Position numbers and translations under genes: made by a program. A DNA stretch of 57,758 bases, from the NCBI GenBank assembly GCA_021160575.1, contig JAGHCH010000008.1:1-57758 (forward strand). The letters are read 5' to 3'. The stretch comes from Thermoproteota archaeon. GTDB taxonomy: Archaea > Thermoproteota > Methanomethylicia > Methanomethylicales > JAGHCH01. A model generated the notes under the pieces. It saw only the letters and a list, made by a program, of their open reading frames with translations, was not told the origin of the DNA and did no database searches. Below are positions 16,382 through 24,721 of the stretch, in pieces; the first letter of the stretch is position 1; each line of letters begins with the position of its first letter.

Positions 16382-16452
16382 CCCGTAGTTCAGCGGCAGG
16401 TCGCCCAGTTCGCAACTGAGGAGCTGGAGAGATCAAATCTCTCGGCCCACCA
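16382..16452 (+). pseudogene. tRNA-like 3' fragment (D arm to CCA; anticodon position reads CGC, Ala-like) lacking a 5' acceptor strand
   Basis: UAGUUCAGCGGCAGGUC (D-arm-like, U:U mismatch). CCCAG-UUCGCAA-CUG(A)GG (anticodon-arm-like with a bulge). GAGAG-AUCAAAU-CUCUC (T arm with A54). GGCCCAC-CA. No complement to the 3' acceptor strand lies upstream. A T5 tract follows at 16465-16469. Confidence 0.4.
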
Positions 16453-16696
16453 CTTCTCAGTCAGTTTTTGCCATAAGAGACCACGTCTACTGGCAGGCTT
16501 TGATGCAGCCTCTGTAGACGCTGAGATCAACTTTCACCTTGTATGCTCTGTTAAAGCGCCTTCCCATGCCGCGAGTGAGATTCATGGAGGCGCCAACAGG
16601 ACAAAGCATTGTGTACCATCCTCTACCATATTTAGTGAAGATTTCTTAGATGGTGAAAGACAGCGATTCTTCAATAAATAAAGAAACTCTCTAAGA

Positions 16697-16717
16697 ACGT
16701 CGCCCTGACGCGGCGAA
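16697..16717 (+). repeat. 21-nt direct repeat, orphan copy of the tRNA-Val anticodon arm
   Basis: ACGTCGCCCTGACGCGGCGAA is identical to 16830-16850 inside tRNA-Val(GAC). The flanks are unrelated to tRNA. Confidence 0.9.
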
Positions 16718-16772
16718 AAACTCTTAACCAAATGCTCTTTAAAGTAAGAGCTGGGCTGGCCCTCAAGGCCGC

Positions 16773-16882
16773 GGGCACTTCTAGGGAGCTATCCCTAGAA
16801 GCCGTAGCGGTCGTCTAGCCTGGTCTAGGACGTCGCCCTGACGCGGCGAAGGTCCCCGGTTCAAATCCGGGCCGGCCCACCA
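16773..16882 (+). tRNA. tRNA-Val(GAC) with a 31-nt non-canonical intron between positions 4 and 5; CCA encoded
   Basis: Exon 1 is GGGC (16773-16776), the intron is 16777-16807 and contains the perfect hairpin CUUCUAGGGA-GCUA-UCCCUAGAAG, and exon 2 is 16808-16882. The spliced product is GGGCCGG-UC-GUCU-AGCCUGGUCUA-GGAC-G-UCGCC-CUGACGC-GGCGA-AGGUC-CCCGG-UUCAAAU-CCGGG-CCGGCCC-A-CCA, a perfect cloverleaf. Its D arm is nearly identical to the tRNA-Arg at 49975. An alternative exon 1, GGGCUGG at 16753-16759, is possible. Confidence 0.7.
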
Positions 16883-16890
16883 ATCACAAT

Positions 16891-16912
16891 GTTCATTAAA
16901 GCTTTAATGAAC
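16891..16912. repeat. perfect 22-bp palindrome GTTCATTAAAGCTTTAATGAAC
   Basis: 10-bp arms around a 2-nt centre, 9 nt downstream of the tRNA-Val CCA. Confidence 0.85.
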
Positions 16913-17014
16913 GATTTCCTCATTGAGAGAGATTGATACTCGGAATGTGACCCATGAGAATAATAGTTGTCAGATGGTAAATACAGAGGCGAAAGATCTT
17001 AGATTGTAGCATAA

Positions 17015-17607
17015 AATAGCTCTGCATATCCTAAGCTTAACGCCAGCGAGCTTGCTAAGGTTCTTGAAGAAATAAGAATAATGCCAATGCCAGCACCATT
17101 GTACGAGGCGGTTAAGCCAATTACGCTTGAAGAGTTTTGGGAGCTTGCTCACAAAGAGCATCTGTCTAAGATTGTCCCGGAGATTTTCCTTCCAGCTAAG
17201 CTTCCGCAAGGATTCACTCATATCAGGATATAGTATAAGCCCCCTGTTATACTCATCTCTTTCAGCGACCGACCAGTGCAGACTTATGAGGAGGCTAATC
17301 TAACGATTGAGATCTCCATGTTGAAGGTGGATGCGGTTCCATCTTTAGAGGAGCTGAAGGCCCTCTATGAAAATGACTCCAAGACTTATGTCATGTCGAT
17401 TGATGGATGGCTGTAATCTATGAAGATGCGCCTTGCATTGATCCATTATATGTTGAAACTTTCAAAACAATTCTTTGCCACACTTCATGCATCTGGATTA
17501 AGGGTGAGAGCCGTTATTACTACTATGGAGTCACCGTGTGCCCATCGCTATCGGTGGACGACTTAGTTAGAATTATTAAAAGCCTAAAACCTTTCAAGAC
17601 GACCTAA
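17015..17607 (+). pseudogene. decayed gene (DUF4367-like C-terminus) with one in-frame TAG and one frameshift
   Basis: ...LPAKLPQGFTHIRI-TAG(17231)-YKPPVILISFSDRPVQTYEEANLTIEI...YVMSIDGW, then a frame change at the GATGGATGG repeat near 17405, then AVIYEDAPC...WIKGESRYYYYGVTVCPSLSVDDLVRIIKSLKP. The three pieces read as one protein. The antisense ORF 16970..17221 is a shadow. Confidence 0.55.
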
Positions 17608-17734
17608 AAATTACTTGCCTTCAGAGACGACGTCAAACGTCTTGAGGCGCCTTTTAGCGCGTGTTTTCAGGAGTGTGTCTTTGTAAAGCTATTTATGAGT
17701 GGAAGGTGCTAGGCTGTTTCGATGATGGCTTTAT

Positions 17735-18031
17735 GTGGAGGTGAAATGGGTGGGTGTTTCTCCGAAGAGGAGGTACTACTTTTTGAAGAGCAGTTTGAGG
17801 AACTTGCTGATTGCTGAAAAGTGGCTGGTGAAGGCTGGTAGAACTAAAGTTGCTAGGAAGATTGAGGGGATTGTCAACGAGATTTGGCTTGAGATGAATG
17901 CTTTGGAGAAGGAGCTTGGGATGAAGGAGACTAAGCTGGTGGGTATTAAGAGGAAGCTTCTGGAGACATGGCATGCAGCTGGGGAGATTTCGAAGAAGGA
18001 GAAGGAGAAGCTGGAGAGGGTTATGCTGTAG
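17735..18031 (+). CDS. small coiled-coil hypothetical protein
   Basis: 98-aa Lys/Glu-rich helical ORF with a GTG start and no known motif. Confidence 0.35.
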   Translation: MEVKWVGVSPKRRYYFLKSSLRNLLIAEKWLVKAGRTKVARKIEGIVNEIWLEMNALEKELGMKETKLVGIKRKLLETWHAAGEISKKEKEKLERVML

Positions 18032-18953
18032 ATGCTACTGCTAGCTCTGGCTTGGTGGGCGGCTCGATAGTCTTTGGAACCATGATCACCAGTGCTCTCA
18101 GCACTTCGGGAAACTCATCTACTACTTTTCTAGCGGTGGCTGTGGCTATTCTGTAGGCGTCCTCGACGGTGGTGTCTCCGGGGACTTCCATCCAGAGCTC
18201 TGCTTCTATGAAGCTTCCAAGGGGCTTGACGATCACCTTCCTCGCCTTGTAGCCAGTTTCTCTTTGGGCGAAGAGGGCTATCTTTCTCTTGAGTTCTCTT
18301 GGGTAGCGTAGTCCCAGCATGATGGAGGCTATGTTCTTTGAGAGGTTGAGGGCTTCGTAGAGGACGTAGACTGACATGGTGATTACCATGAGGCTTTCGA
18401 GGGTGGGCAACATGGCGAGGCTTGAGGCTATGATGGAGGCACCGGCGGCGAACTCTAGGATTGCGTCTAGCTGAAGTCTTTTCGTCGCGATTTCGGTGAC
18501 CACTACTTTGGCTCGGCACTTCTTCCTCTTCACGCTGTCCAGCCACTTGGCTAGGAAGTAGGAGAGGAAGCCTCCGCCCAGTAGGTAGGCTGATAGTGGA
18601 GCTGGGCTTGGAGTGGCGGGTGGAGGAATGGCCTTGATAATAAACTGGATTGCTAGAAGGCAGGTAGTTACAGCCAAGAAGAGAGCAACGATGTTTTCTA
18701 TTCTCAGCACTTCGTAGCGGGCGCCGTAAAGAGTCTTAGATGTGGCGAAGCGAAGAGCCATGAGAGAACCTAGAAAAATCAATGCCTCAAGGAGCCAGAG
18801 TAGGCTCTCCATTAGGATTAGCCCGGAGGCGTAGACGAAGAGGTAGAGGGCTAGGCCTAGGGAGGCGTAGGCGGCACTTACACTAACCACTACTTTAAGG
18901 TCTTTCAGTGCCCTTCGCACCCTGAGTATCTTCCTTAGGGCGATGCGCTTCAT
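18021..18953 (-). CDS. cation diffusion facilitator (CDF)-like membrane protein
   Basis: About 6 TM segments. ATSKTLYGARYEVLRIENIVAL resembles the CDF TM2-3 loop motif. C-terminal IEAELWMEVPGDTTVEDAYRIATATARKVVDEFPEVLRALVIMVP matches the CDF cytoplasmic domain. The canonical H/D metal ligands in TM2/TM5 are not obvious. Confidence 0.55.
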   Translation of the reverse strand: MKRIALRKILRVRRALKDLKVVVSVSAAYASLGLALYLFVYASGLILMESLLWLLEALIFLGSLMALRFATSKTLYGARYEVLRIENIVALFLAVTTCLLAIQFIIKAIPPPATPSPAPLSAYLLGGGFLSYFLAKWLDSVKRKKCRAKVVVTEIATKRLQLDAILEFAAGASIIASSLAMLPTLESLMVITMSVYVLYEALNLSKNIASIMLGLRYPRELKRKIALFAQRETGYKARKVIVKPLGSFIEAELWMEVPGDTTVEDAYRIATATARKVVDEFPEVLRALVIMVPKTIEPPTKPELAVASTA

Positions 18954-19024
18954 GGAGACACCTCCCTAGGCCTTTTTGTAAGGAAGTCAGATGCAAGAAC
19001 TCTCTTGGAGAAGAGAGTGAGAAG

Positions 19025-19051
19025 TGGCGTTTAGCGCGCACTAAAACGCCA
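19025..19051. promoter_or_regulatory. imperfect palindrome in a divergent promoter region
   Basis: TGGCGTTTAG-CGCGCA-CTAAAACGCCA has 10/11-nt arms and is followed by T6. It lies between the divergently transcribed 18953(-) and 19100(+) genes. A TATA-like GAATATAAC at 19071-19079 sits about 25 nt before ATG 19100. Confidence 0.4.
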
Positions 19052-19099
19052 GTTTTTTCTTGGAAGGGTTGAATATAACCCTTTTGGGCTGAGCTGTCA

Positions 19100-20203
19100 A
19101 TGAGACTTGAGGGCGTAGTGGAGCTGGGAGATCTTCAAGTGAAGCTTGTATGGTTTGATAGCATGGGAGCTAAGTCCTCCTGCATCTTGGTGAAGACTCC
19201 GGGTGTGAACATTCTTGTGGATCCGGGAGCTGCGGAGATGCAGCCGGGGTATCCTCTTCCACCAGAGGAGAAGGAGCGTCTTCTCCTGGAGGCACGTGAA
19301 GCTATTCTAAGGGCTGCTGGAGAAGCGGACATGGTGATCATTTCCCACTACCACTACGATCACCACACGCTTCCACGAGGCTTTGAGGAGCTTTACAGGG
19401 GCAAGGAGCTTTGGATAAAGGATCCTAATAGGTGGATTAACCAGTCGCAGTGGGGTAGGGCGAGGCTCTTCTTGGAGCAGCTCGCAGAGGTCTATGGAGT
19501 AGAGGGGGAGCGCTATACCGAACCTCAGCAGAGGGAGTTTGAAGACCCCCTCGAGAAGCTTCCACTGGCTGTGCAGAAGGATTTTGGTGATTACCAGAGG
19601 CGTAGAGAGGAGTTGTTGGAGGCGGGTAGGAGGTGGTTTAGAAAGGTTGCGGAGATGTGGGCTTCCAAGAAGTGGTGTAGGGAGTTTGAATCGGATGATG
19701 TGAAGGTGAGGTTTGCCGATGGGAAGAGTTTAAGGTTTGGGAGAACTCACATCAGATTCACTGAGCCTCTCTTCCACGGCATAGAGTATGAGAGGACTGG
19801 CTGGGTGTTTGCCACTGTTATTGAGAGGGGAGGGGTTAAGGTTCTGCATAGCTCTGACTTGCAGGGACCATTGATAGAGGACTATGCAGAGTGGATTGTG
19901 AAGGAGAAACCCGACCTCCTAATCTTGGATGGGCCCACAACCTATCTCTTCGGCTACATGCTCAATAGAATTAATTTGAACCGCTCTGTGGAGAACGCTG
20001 TGAGAATTGTTAGGGAACTTGAAGATTCGATGATTATCTACGATCATCACTTGCTTAGGGATGCGCTCTATCGGGAGAGGGTTTCCAAGGTCTATGAGGA
20101 GGCGGAAAAGCTTGGTAGGAGAGTGCTTACTGCTGCAGAGCTTTACGGGCACAAGCCCTTAATCCTTGAAATAACAGAGAAGCAGCGAGGAGAGACGGGT
20201 TGA
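19100..20203 (+). CDS. MBL-fold metallo-hydrolase (UPF0282-like)
   Basis: VDPGAAE and IISHYHYDHH (HxHxDH) motifs. Confidence 0.7.
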   Translation: MRLEGVVELGDLQVKLVWFDSMGAKSSCILVKTPGVNILVDPGAAEMQPGYPLPPEEKERLLLEAREAILRAAGEADMVIISHYHYDHHTLPRGFEELYRGKELWIKDPNRWINQSQWGRARLFLEQLAEVYGVEGERYTEPQQREFEDPLEKLPLAVQKDFGDYQRRREELLEAGRRWFRKVAEMWASKKWCREFESDDVKVRFADGKSLRFGRTHIRFTEPLFHGIEYERTGWVFATVIERGGVKVLHSSDLQGPLIEDYAEWIVKEKPDLLILDGPTTYLFGYMLNRINLNRSVENAVRIVRELEDSMIIYDHHLLRDALYRERVSKVYEEAEKLGRRVLTAAELYGHKPLILEITEKQRGETG

Positions 20204-20658
20204 AGGTGATGATTCTCTATTACAGTGAAACGGGGAACACAGAGAAGGTGGCGCGAGCTGTTGCTGAGGCTTTGGAGCCAAAGGCTGAAGTGAGCCTCCG
20301 TAGAGTGGAGGAGGCTTCTGAAGATCTTGGAGAGTATGAGCTGATCTTCTTGGGAACTCCTGTTCACGCGCTTGGTCCAGCTAAGCCGGTTAGGGAGTTC
20401 TTGGAGAGGCTATCGGCGAATCTTGAGGGATTGTGCTTTGCTCTATTTTGTACATACAGCATGGCTGGAGCCAGTAGGACCCTCGACTTCATGGAGAAGA
20501 AGTTGGCAAATAAAGGGGCGAAGGTTCTTGGTAAGTTCGCTGTTTTTGGAGCCTTCAAGACATTCTTCAAGCACTTTAAGAAGGGACGCCCAGATGAAAA
20601 GGACCTAGCCTATGCTAAGGAGAAGGCTGAAGAGATCTTCAGTGCTTTGCAGCGATGA
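20200..20658 (+). CDS. flavodoxin-like protein
   Basis: MKVMILYYSETGNTEKVARAV is an FMN-binding loop. The start overlaps the upstream stop (GTTGA, 4-nt overlap). Confidence 0.75.
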   Translation: MKVMILYYSETGNTEKVARAVAEALEPKAEVSLRRVEEASEDLGEYELIFLGTPVHALGPAKPVREFLERLSANLEGLCFALFCTYSMAGASRTLDFMEKKLANKGAKVLGKFAVFGAFKTFFKHFKKGRPDEKDLAYAKEKAEEIFSALQR

Positions 20659-21310
20659 ACTTTTCGACGAACTCTCGCACTCCAAGCCCGTTTGGCCTCT
20701 CGCAGATGTAGTCTGCGAGTTCTTTGAGCTCTGGAACAGCGTTTGCTACAGCTACCTTGAAGCCCGCCACTTTGAAGAGCTTGATGTCGTTTTCTCCATC
20801 GCCTATACAAGCAGTCTGCGTGGGGGGTACATTTAAGATCTTTAAAGCCTCTCGAAGCCCGTGCTCTTTATCGACTCCTCTTGGAAGCACCATTACGCGA
20901 TCTCTGTTGACCTCTAGGTGGGCTAGCTGCTCTAAACCAGCTTCTAGGAGTAGGGCTTCCACGCGAGGCTTGTAGCCCACGTTCAGTGAAACTACGACTT
21001 CGCCTATCTCCATGGTGGGGTCTCCAACTCGTTCAACCACCAAGCCTTTAATTGTGCGCCATTCCCGCGGAGAGAAGGCCTTGATGACTCCTTGGCCGGG
21101 AGCATATAATATGGCTCCATTCTCAATCACCAGTAGGTGAAAGACCTCGAGCACGCGAGGGGCGAGATCTTGGAGGCGTCTACCAGTGACTAGAAGCAAT
21201 TTCACTTGATTGCGCACTTTAGCTAGCGCGTCTAGAGCAGCTTGGCTGGGTTCAAGGGATTCAGTGGTGACTGTACGGTCGTAGTCACAAGCTAGAGCTG
21301 CGATCTTCAC
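20639..21310 (-). CDS. HAD-IIB (Cof-type) phosphatase
   Basis: ALACDYDRTV (DxD), LLVTGRR, and IGDGENDIKLFKVAGFKVAVANA. Confidence 0.8.
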   Translation of the reverse strand: MKIAALACDYDRTVTTESLEPSQAALDALAKVRNQVKLLLVTGRRLQDLAPRVLEVFHLLVIENGAILYAPGQGVIKAFSPREWRTIKGLVVERVGDPTMEIGEVVVSLNVGYKPRVEALLLEAGLEQLAHLEVNRDRVMVLPRGVDKEHGLREALKILNVPPTQTACIGDGENDIKLFKVAGFKVAVANAVPELKELADYICERPNGLGVREFVEKFIAAKH

Positions 21311-24300
21311 TGGAACCCCTCCTTGCGTTTAAGGGCTTGAAGAGCTAGGTGTAGGAGGTATATAGACTTGCAGTTCTCAGCGGCGTAGGCTTCGAGTTTT
21401 TCTCCGAGGAATTTTGTGAAGTTGTGCCACTTGCCGGGAGGGGCTTGTGAAATCCTCTTCTGGGAGTTAGCTGCCTCGTATAGGACGTCGGAGATCGATG
21501 TTGACCTCTGATACTCTATGATCTTCTCAACCTCCTCTAAGGGGGCGACGCCGACTTCCAGTATCTTTTGGGTTTCCCCTTTGACGTCGATGAGCTTGCC
21601 CTCCTCTCTTAGAGAGCGGAAGAGCAGGGAGGCGAGGCGCAGCTCAACCGCCTCGAGAGTTCTTGACATTGAGGGGAGGTCATAGACTAGAAGGGTGAAG
21701 CCTTCATTGACCAGCTGGGATAGCTCTTGATCTACGCGGGAGGCATCTTTGGTGTAGCTGAAGTCCCTCAGCAGGAGGTGTGTTCTGCAAGATTCGCCGT
21801 CGAATACGCCCACGCAGATTAAGCCAGTGTCAGCTTTCTCCATCAATGGCACGTAGGTTACATCGAAGGAGGCAAGCTTAAGGGCTTTAGAGGGCTTTGG
21901 TACGCTAAGCTCAACGCCTTTAACCTTCAGTAGCAGACTTTCCTCGAGGAGGATGTAGTCGAGCACTCGTAGAGCGAAACGCTTGGCTTGCTCCCAGTCT
22001 AGGCCTAGGGTGATGAAGTCGGCGTAGGTGTACTCGTCGAAGGACTCCATCAGCACCTCATCAAGCTCTTCAGGCTGATATTCCTCCACAAGCTTCTTCA
22101 CTTGCAGCCAGTCGAGCTTCTCAAGTAATCCAGCGCTCTCCGGCTCGTGGAGACCCATGAACTTCTTCTCGCCAACCTTCCCCACGTCGTACATGATAGT
22201 CTCGAAGGGTATGCGCAGCTTCTTTCTAAGAACTATCATGAGCAAGGCGAGCCCAATCCTTATGAGGCGCACATCCTCGGCGGGATCTAGTTCGTAAAGC
22301 ATGCCATAGGTGTAGTCAGAGTACTTGCCGTAAGTCGGTGTTGGAACTTCTATTACTCTGAAGTCTCTAAAGGTGATGGTCTTGCCGTCCATCCTCTTTA
22401 CCCTAGGTGCTGTGCTAATCACTCTCCAGAGGACTCTGTTGGGGATCTTGATGTATCTCCCAAATCCCCGCCTAGGCGGGTAGACTACACATCTAACCTC
22501 GGAGTGCAGTCTGCCGTAGAGGTAGTCTGATAGCAGATTGGGAGGTTCACCCCATCTGATCTTGGCCTCTTGGTACTCCTCGAGGGCTTGAGCGAGGGCG
22601 TCCCTCCTCCAGAGGTTGGCTTCACGAAGCTCCTCTTCAACCACCGCTGTGACTATCCTGCCAGTTCTTCCGCCGAGCCTATGCTCGACAACTATTCCAT
22701 CTGCCGTGTAGTCTATGCATCCAGGCTGGAATTTTTCGACGAGATCGCAGTGGGAGATGCTCTCTAGGTAGCGGAAGCCATCCTCCACTTCGAGTATCCT
22801 ATTGATTCCATAAGGAGGAGCAAACTCGTAGAAGTTCATGTTTAGCCATGCTTCCTTGCCCCGCTGTGTTAGCTCGCCTCTCTTTACTAAGCCCAGCTTT
22901 TCGAGGAAGGAGAGTTCCTCTTTGGTGAGCAGCTGCCTCAGCTTTGGCGAGATGAACTTGAGCAGTGCCTCGAAGAGTGTTAGGTACTTGTTTTGAGGGT
23001 TGATGATCACCTTCTCAATGGGCATTTGCAGCCACGACTTGAGAGCCTCCACTCCACGGGATAGTATGTCACGATCCCACTTGCTTCCGGGGATGATAAC
23101 TGTCTCTGAGAAGCCCAGCTCTTCTCGCCTTCCCTTGCGTCCCTCCCTTTGATAGAACTCTCTCAAGCTCTCTGGAAGACCTACATGCACTATTCTGACC
23201 ACCGTGCCTATATCTATACCCTGGCTGAGAGTCCTCGGAGAGATTAAGACCTTCACTCTACCAGTTCTAGCACCTTCTTCAACTATTGCGCGATATTCCT
23301 TTGATGCCAGATGGTGATGTGCCGCGACAGCCTGGGCTGATTCGCCCTCAAGAGAAGCACGCAACTTTCTTGCAAGCTCCTCGGCTTTAGCTATCCCTCT
23401 GGTGAAAACCAAGGTTACCCCTGAGTCGTAGACATAGCTCTTCAGAATCTCTATGGGATCCGGATCTAGGGGAGGCACTTGAAGACCTATAGCTCGAGCT
23501 GCCTCCACCACGCGGTATACTTGGCTTTTGAAGAAGGTGAAGTCATCTAATGCCTTGGCTACATCCTCCCCTACGCCAGCTTTGAGAAAGGAGTCCCTCT
23601 GCTCTCGGAGCTGCCTCCAGAGGGATTGGAGGTTCCTTCCAAGCACTATGTACACCCGATTCTCGACCCTGAAGGGTGGACCTACGATTATGGAGGTTTC
23701 CCTTCCATTAACCATGGTGAAGAATTCAGCCAGCTCTTCCGGGTTTTCGATGGTTGCCGTGAGGGCAGCTAGTTGAAAATTGGGTTCTAGAAGCTTGGAA
23801 AGGATGTCTACGAGAGCCAAGAGGAGGGCAATTTCCCGAGGGCCATAGAAGTCTATTTCATCTAGAACAATCAGCTTCACATTGTGTAGAAAGCCATCGA
23901 GGAGAGAGCCTCGAGGAGAGACAGCCATCTTCTTAACTTCATGGAGGAGGAAAGCAGGATTTGTCACTATGATCTCTTTCACGGATAGAGATGCCCTGAG
24001 CTTTGTTCTCCCCTGCACCTTCAGTAGCTGATCTCTTCGGAGGGCATCAATAACTTCTACATCCGATCCGACCACTTGGCTGTAGCTTTGAATTCGCCTT
24101 ATCTGGTCATTGGCTAAGGCAAGGGTGGGATACACTGCTAGGGTAGGGATTCCGTTTTTCAGGGCGAAGAGGAGCCAAGCTTCAGTCTTGCCGGAGCCAG
24201 TGCCTGACTTCAAAATCACGTTTCTCCCGGAGTTGAGAGCTTCGAGGGCTTCCACTTGATGTCGGTAGAGCTTCCTGCCGGAGAGGTCAGGTAGTCTGGG

Positions 24301-24429
24301 TATTAGATCGTCGAAGGTGAACTCAGCTAGCTCTGGCTTAGCTGGCGGCTCGACATAGGAGTAGTAGTCGTAACCAAGCCTTTCCAAGATCTCTCTGGTG
24401 TCAATGCGTGCAAGGGAACTCAAGGGCAT
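21307..24429 (-). CDS. large SF2 DEAD/DEAH-box helicase with an uncharacterised C-terminal region of about 560 aa
   Basis: LYRHQVEA (Q), SGTGSGKTEA (I), VLDEIDFY (II), LTAT (III), ISPRTLSQGIDIG (V) and QREGRKGRR (VI) all lie in the first 480 aa or so. The remainder has no motif I recognise. Its stop overlaps the HAD start by 4 nt. Confidence 0.8.
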   Translation of the reverse strand: MPLSSLARIDTREILERLGYDYYSYVEPPAKPELAEFTFDDLIPRLPDLSGRKLYRHQVEALEALNSGRNVILKSGTGSGKTEAWLLFALKNGIPTLAVYPTLALANDQIRRIQSYSQVVGSDVEVIDALRRDQLLKVQGRTKLRASLSVKEIIVTNPAFLLHEVKKMAVSPRGSLLDGFLHNVKLIVLDEIDFYGPREIALLLALVDILSKLLEPNFQLAALTATIENPEELAEFFTMVNGRETSIIVGPPFRVENRVYIVLGRNLQSLWRQLREQRDSFLKAGVGEDVAKALDDFTFFKSQVYRVVEAARAIGLQVPPLDPDPIEILKSYVYDSGVTLVFTRGIAKAEELARKLRASLEGESAQAVAAHHHLASKEYRAIVEEGARTGRVKVLISPRTLSQGIDIGTVVRIVHVGLPESLREFYQREGRKGRREELGFSETVIIPGSKWDRDILSRGVEALKSWLQMPIEKVIINPQNKYLTLFEALLKFISPKLRQLLTKEELSFLEKLGLVKRGELTQRGKEAWLNMNFYEFAPPYGINRILEVEDGFRYLESISHCDLVEKFQPGCIDYTADGIVVEHRLGGRTGRIVTAVVEEELREANLWRRDALAQALEEYQEAKIRWGEPPNLLSDYLYGRLHSEVRCVVYPPRRGFGRYIKIPNRVLWRVISTAPRVKRMDGKTITFRDFRVIEVPTPTYGKYSDYTYGMLYELDPAEDVRLIRIGLALLMIVLRKKLRIPFETIMYDVGKVGEKKFMGLHEPESAGLLEKLDWLQVKKLVEEYQPEELDEVLMESFDEYTYADFITLGLDWEQAKRFALRVLDYILLEESLLLKVKGVELSVPKPSKALKLASFDVTYVPLMEKADTGLICVGVFDGESCRTHLLLRDFSYTKDASRVDQELSQLVNEGFTLLVYDLPSMSRTLEAVELRLASLLFRSLREEGKLIDVKGETQKILEVGVAPLEEVEKIIEYQRSTSISDVLYEAANSQKRISQAPPGKWHNFTKFLGEKLEAYAAENCKSIYLLHLALQALKRKEGFQ

Positions 24430-24526
24430 CCTCCTAAGTCTCAGTAGCCTTCTACTCTGTATTAAACTATAAAGAGAGGTAAAGCTTTAAGACCAGCAGA
24501 TTGTATGCGCTAGAGAGGTGGGCGCT

Positions 24527-24721
24527 GTGCCTAAGGAGGTCTACAGCAGGGAGGAGTTCTTGGCTTTAGCTGAGAAGGCCTCTGAGTGTCGGGTGAAGAG
24601 GCTTAAGGATATGGTGAAGCTAAAGCTGCGGACCAAGAGGTACCTCTACACCTACAAGGCGTCGCCGGAGGAAGCTGAAGAGCTGATTAAGAGCCTCAAG
24701 ATTCCTGTGAGGGAAGTTTAG
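24527..24721 (+). CDS. rpl38e: ribosomal protein eL38
   Basis: (M)PKEVYSREEFLALAEKASECRVKRLKDMVKLKLRTKRYLYTYKASPEEAEELIKSL parallels eukaryotic MPKQI...VKFKVRCSRYLYTL...EKAEKLKQSL. GTG 24527 has GAGGTG 8 nt upstream. The ORF track starts at GTG 24518. Confidence 0.8.
   Translation: MPKEVYSREEFLALAEKASECRVKRLKDMVKLKLRTKRYLYTYKASPEEAEELIKSLKIPVREV

Noticed and set aside
16456-16700. Possible gene remnant on the minus strand (..IFTKYGRGWYTMLCPVGASMNLTRGMGRRFNRAYKVKVDLSVYRGCIKACQ-stop, needs a frameshift).
   Set aside because: It is under 60 aa and I could not place it in a family. It may be another decayed fragment in the tRNA scar region, but the evidence is too thin to annotate.
16382-16759. 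Idea that the truncated tRNA-like element and the downstream UGGGCUG (16752-16758) form a permuted or split tRNA.
   Set aside because: The two parts are about 300 nt apart with a T5 terminator in between. The T loop has A54, the anticodon stem is bulged, and no BHB-forming leader or trailer complementarity was seen.
16970-17221. 83-aa minus-strand ORF in the AT-rich region after tRNA-Val.
   Set aside because: It is antisense to the better-supported (though decayed) plus-strand DUF4367-like reading frame, and it has a Lys/Leu/Phe-rich AT-bias composition.
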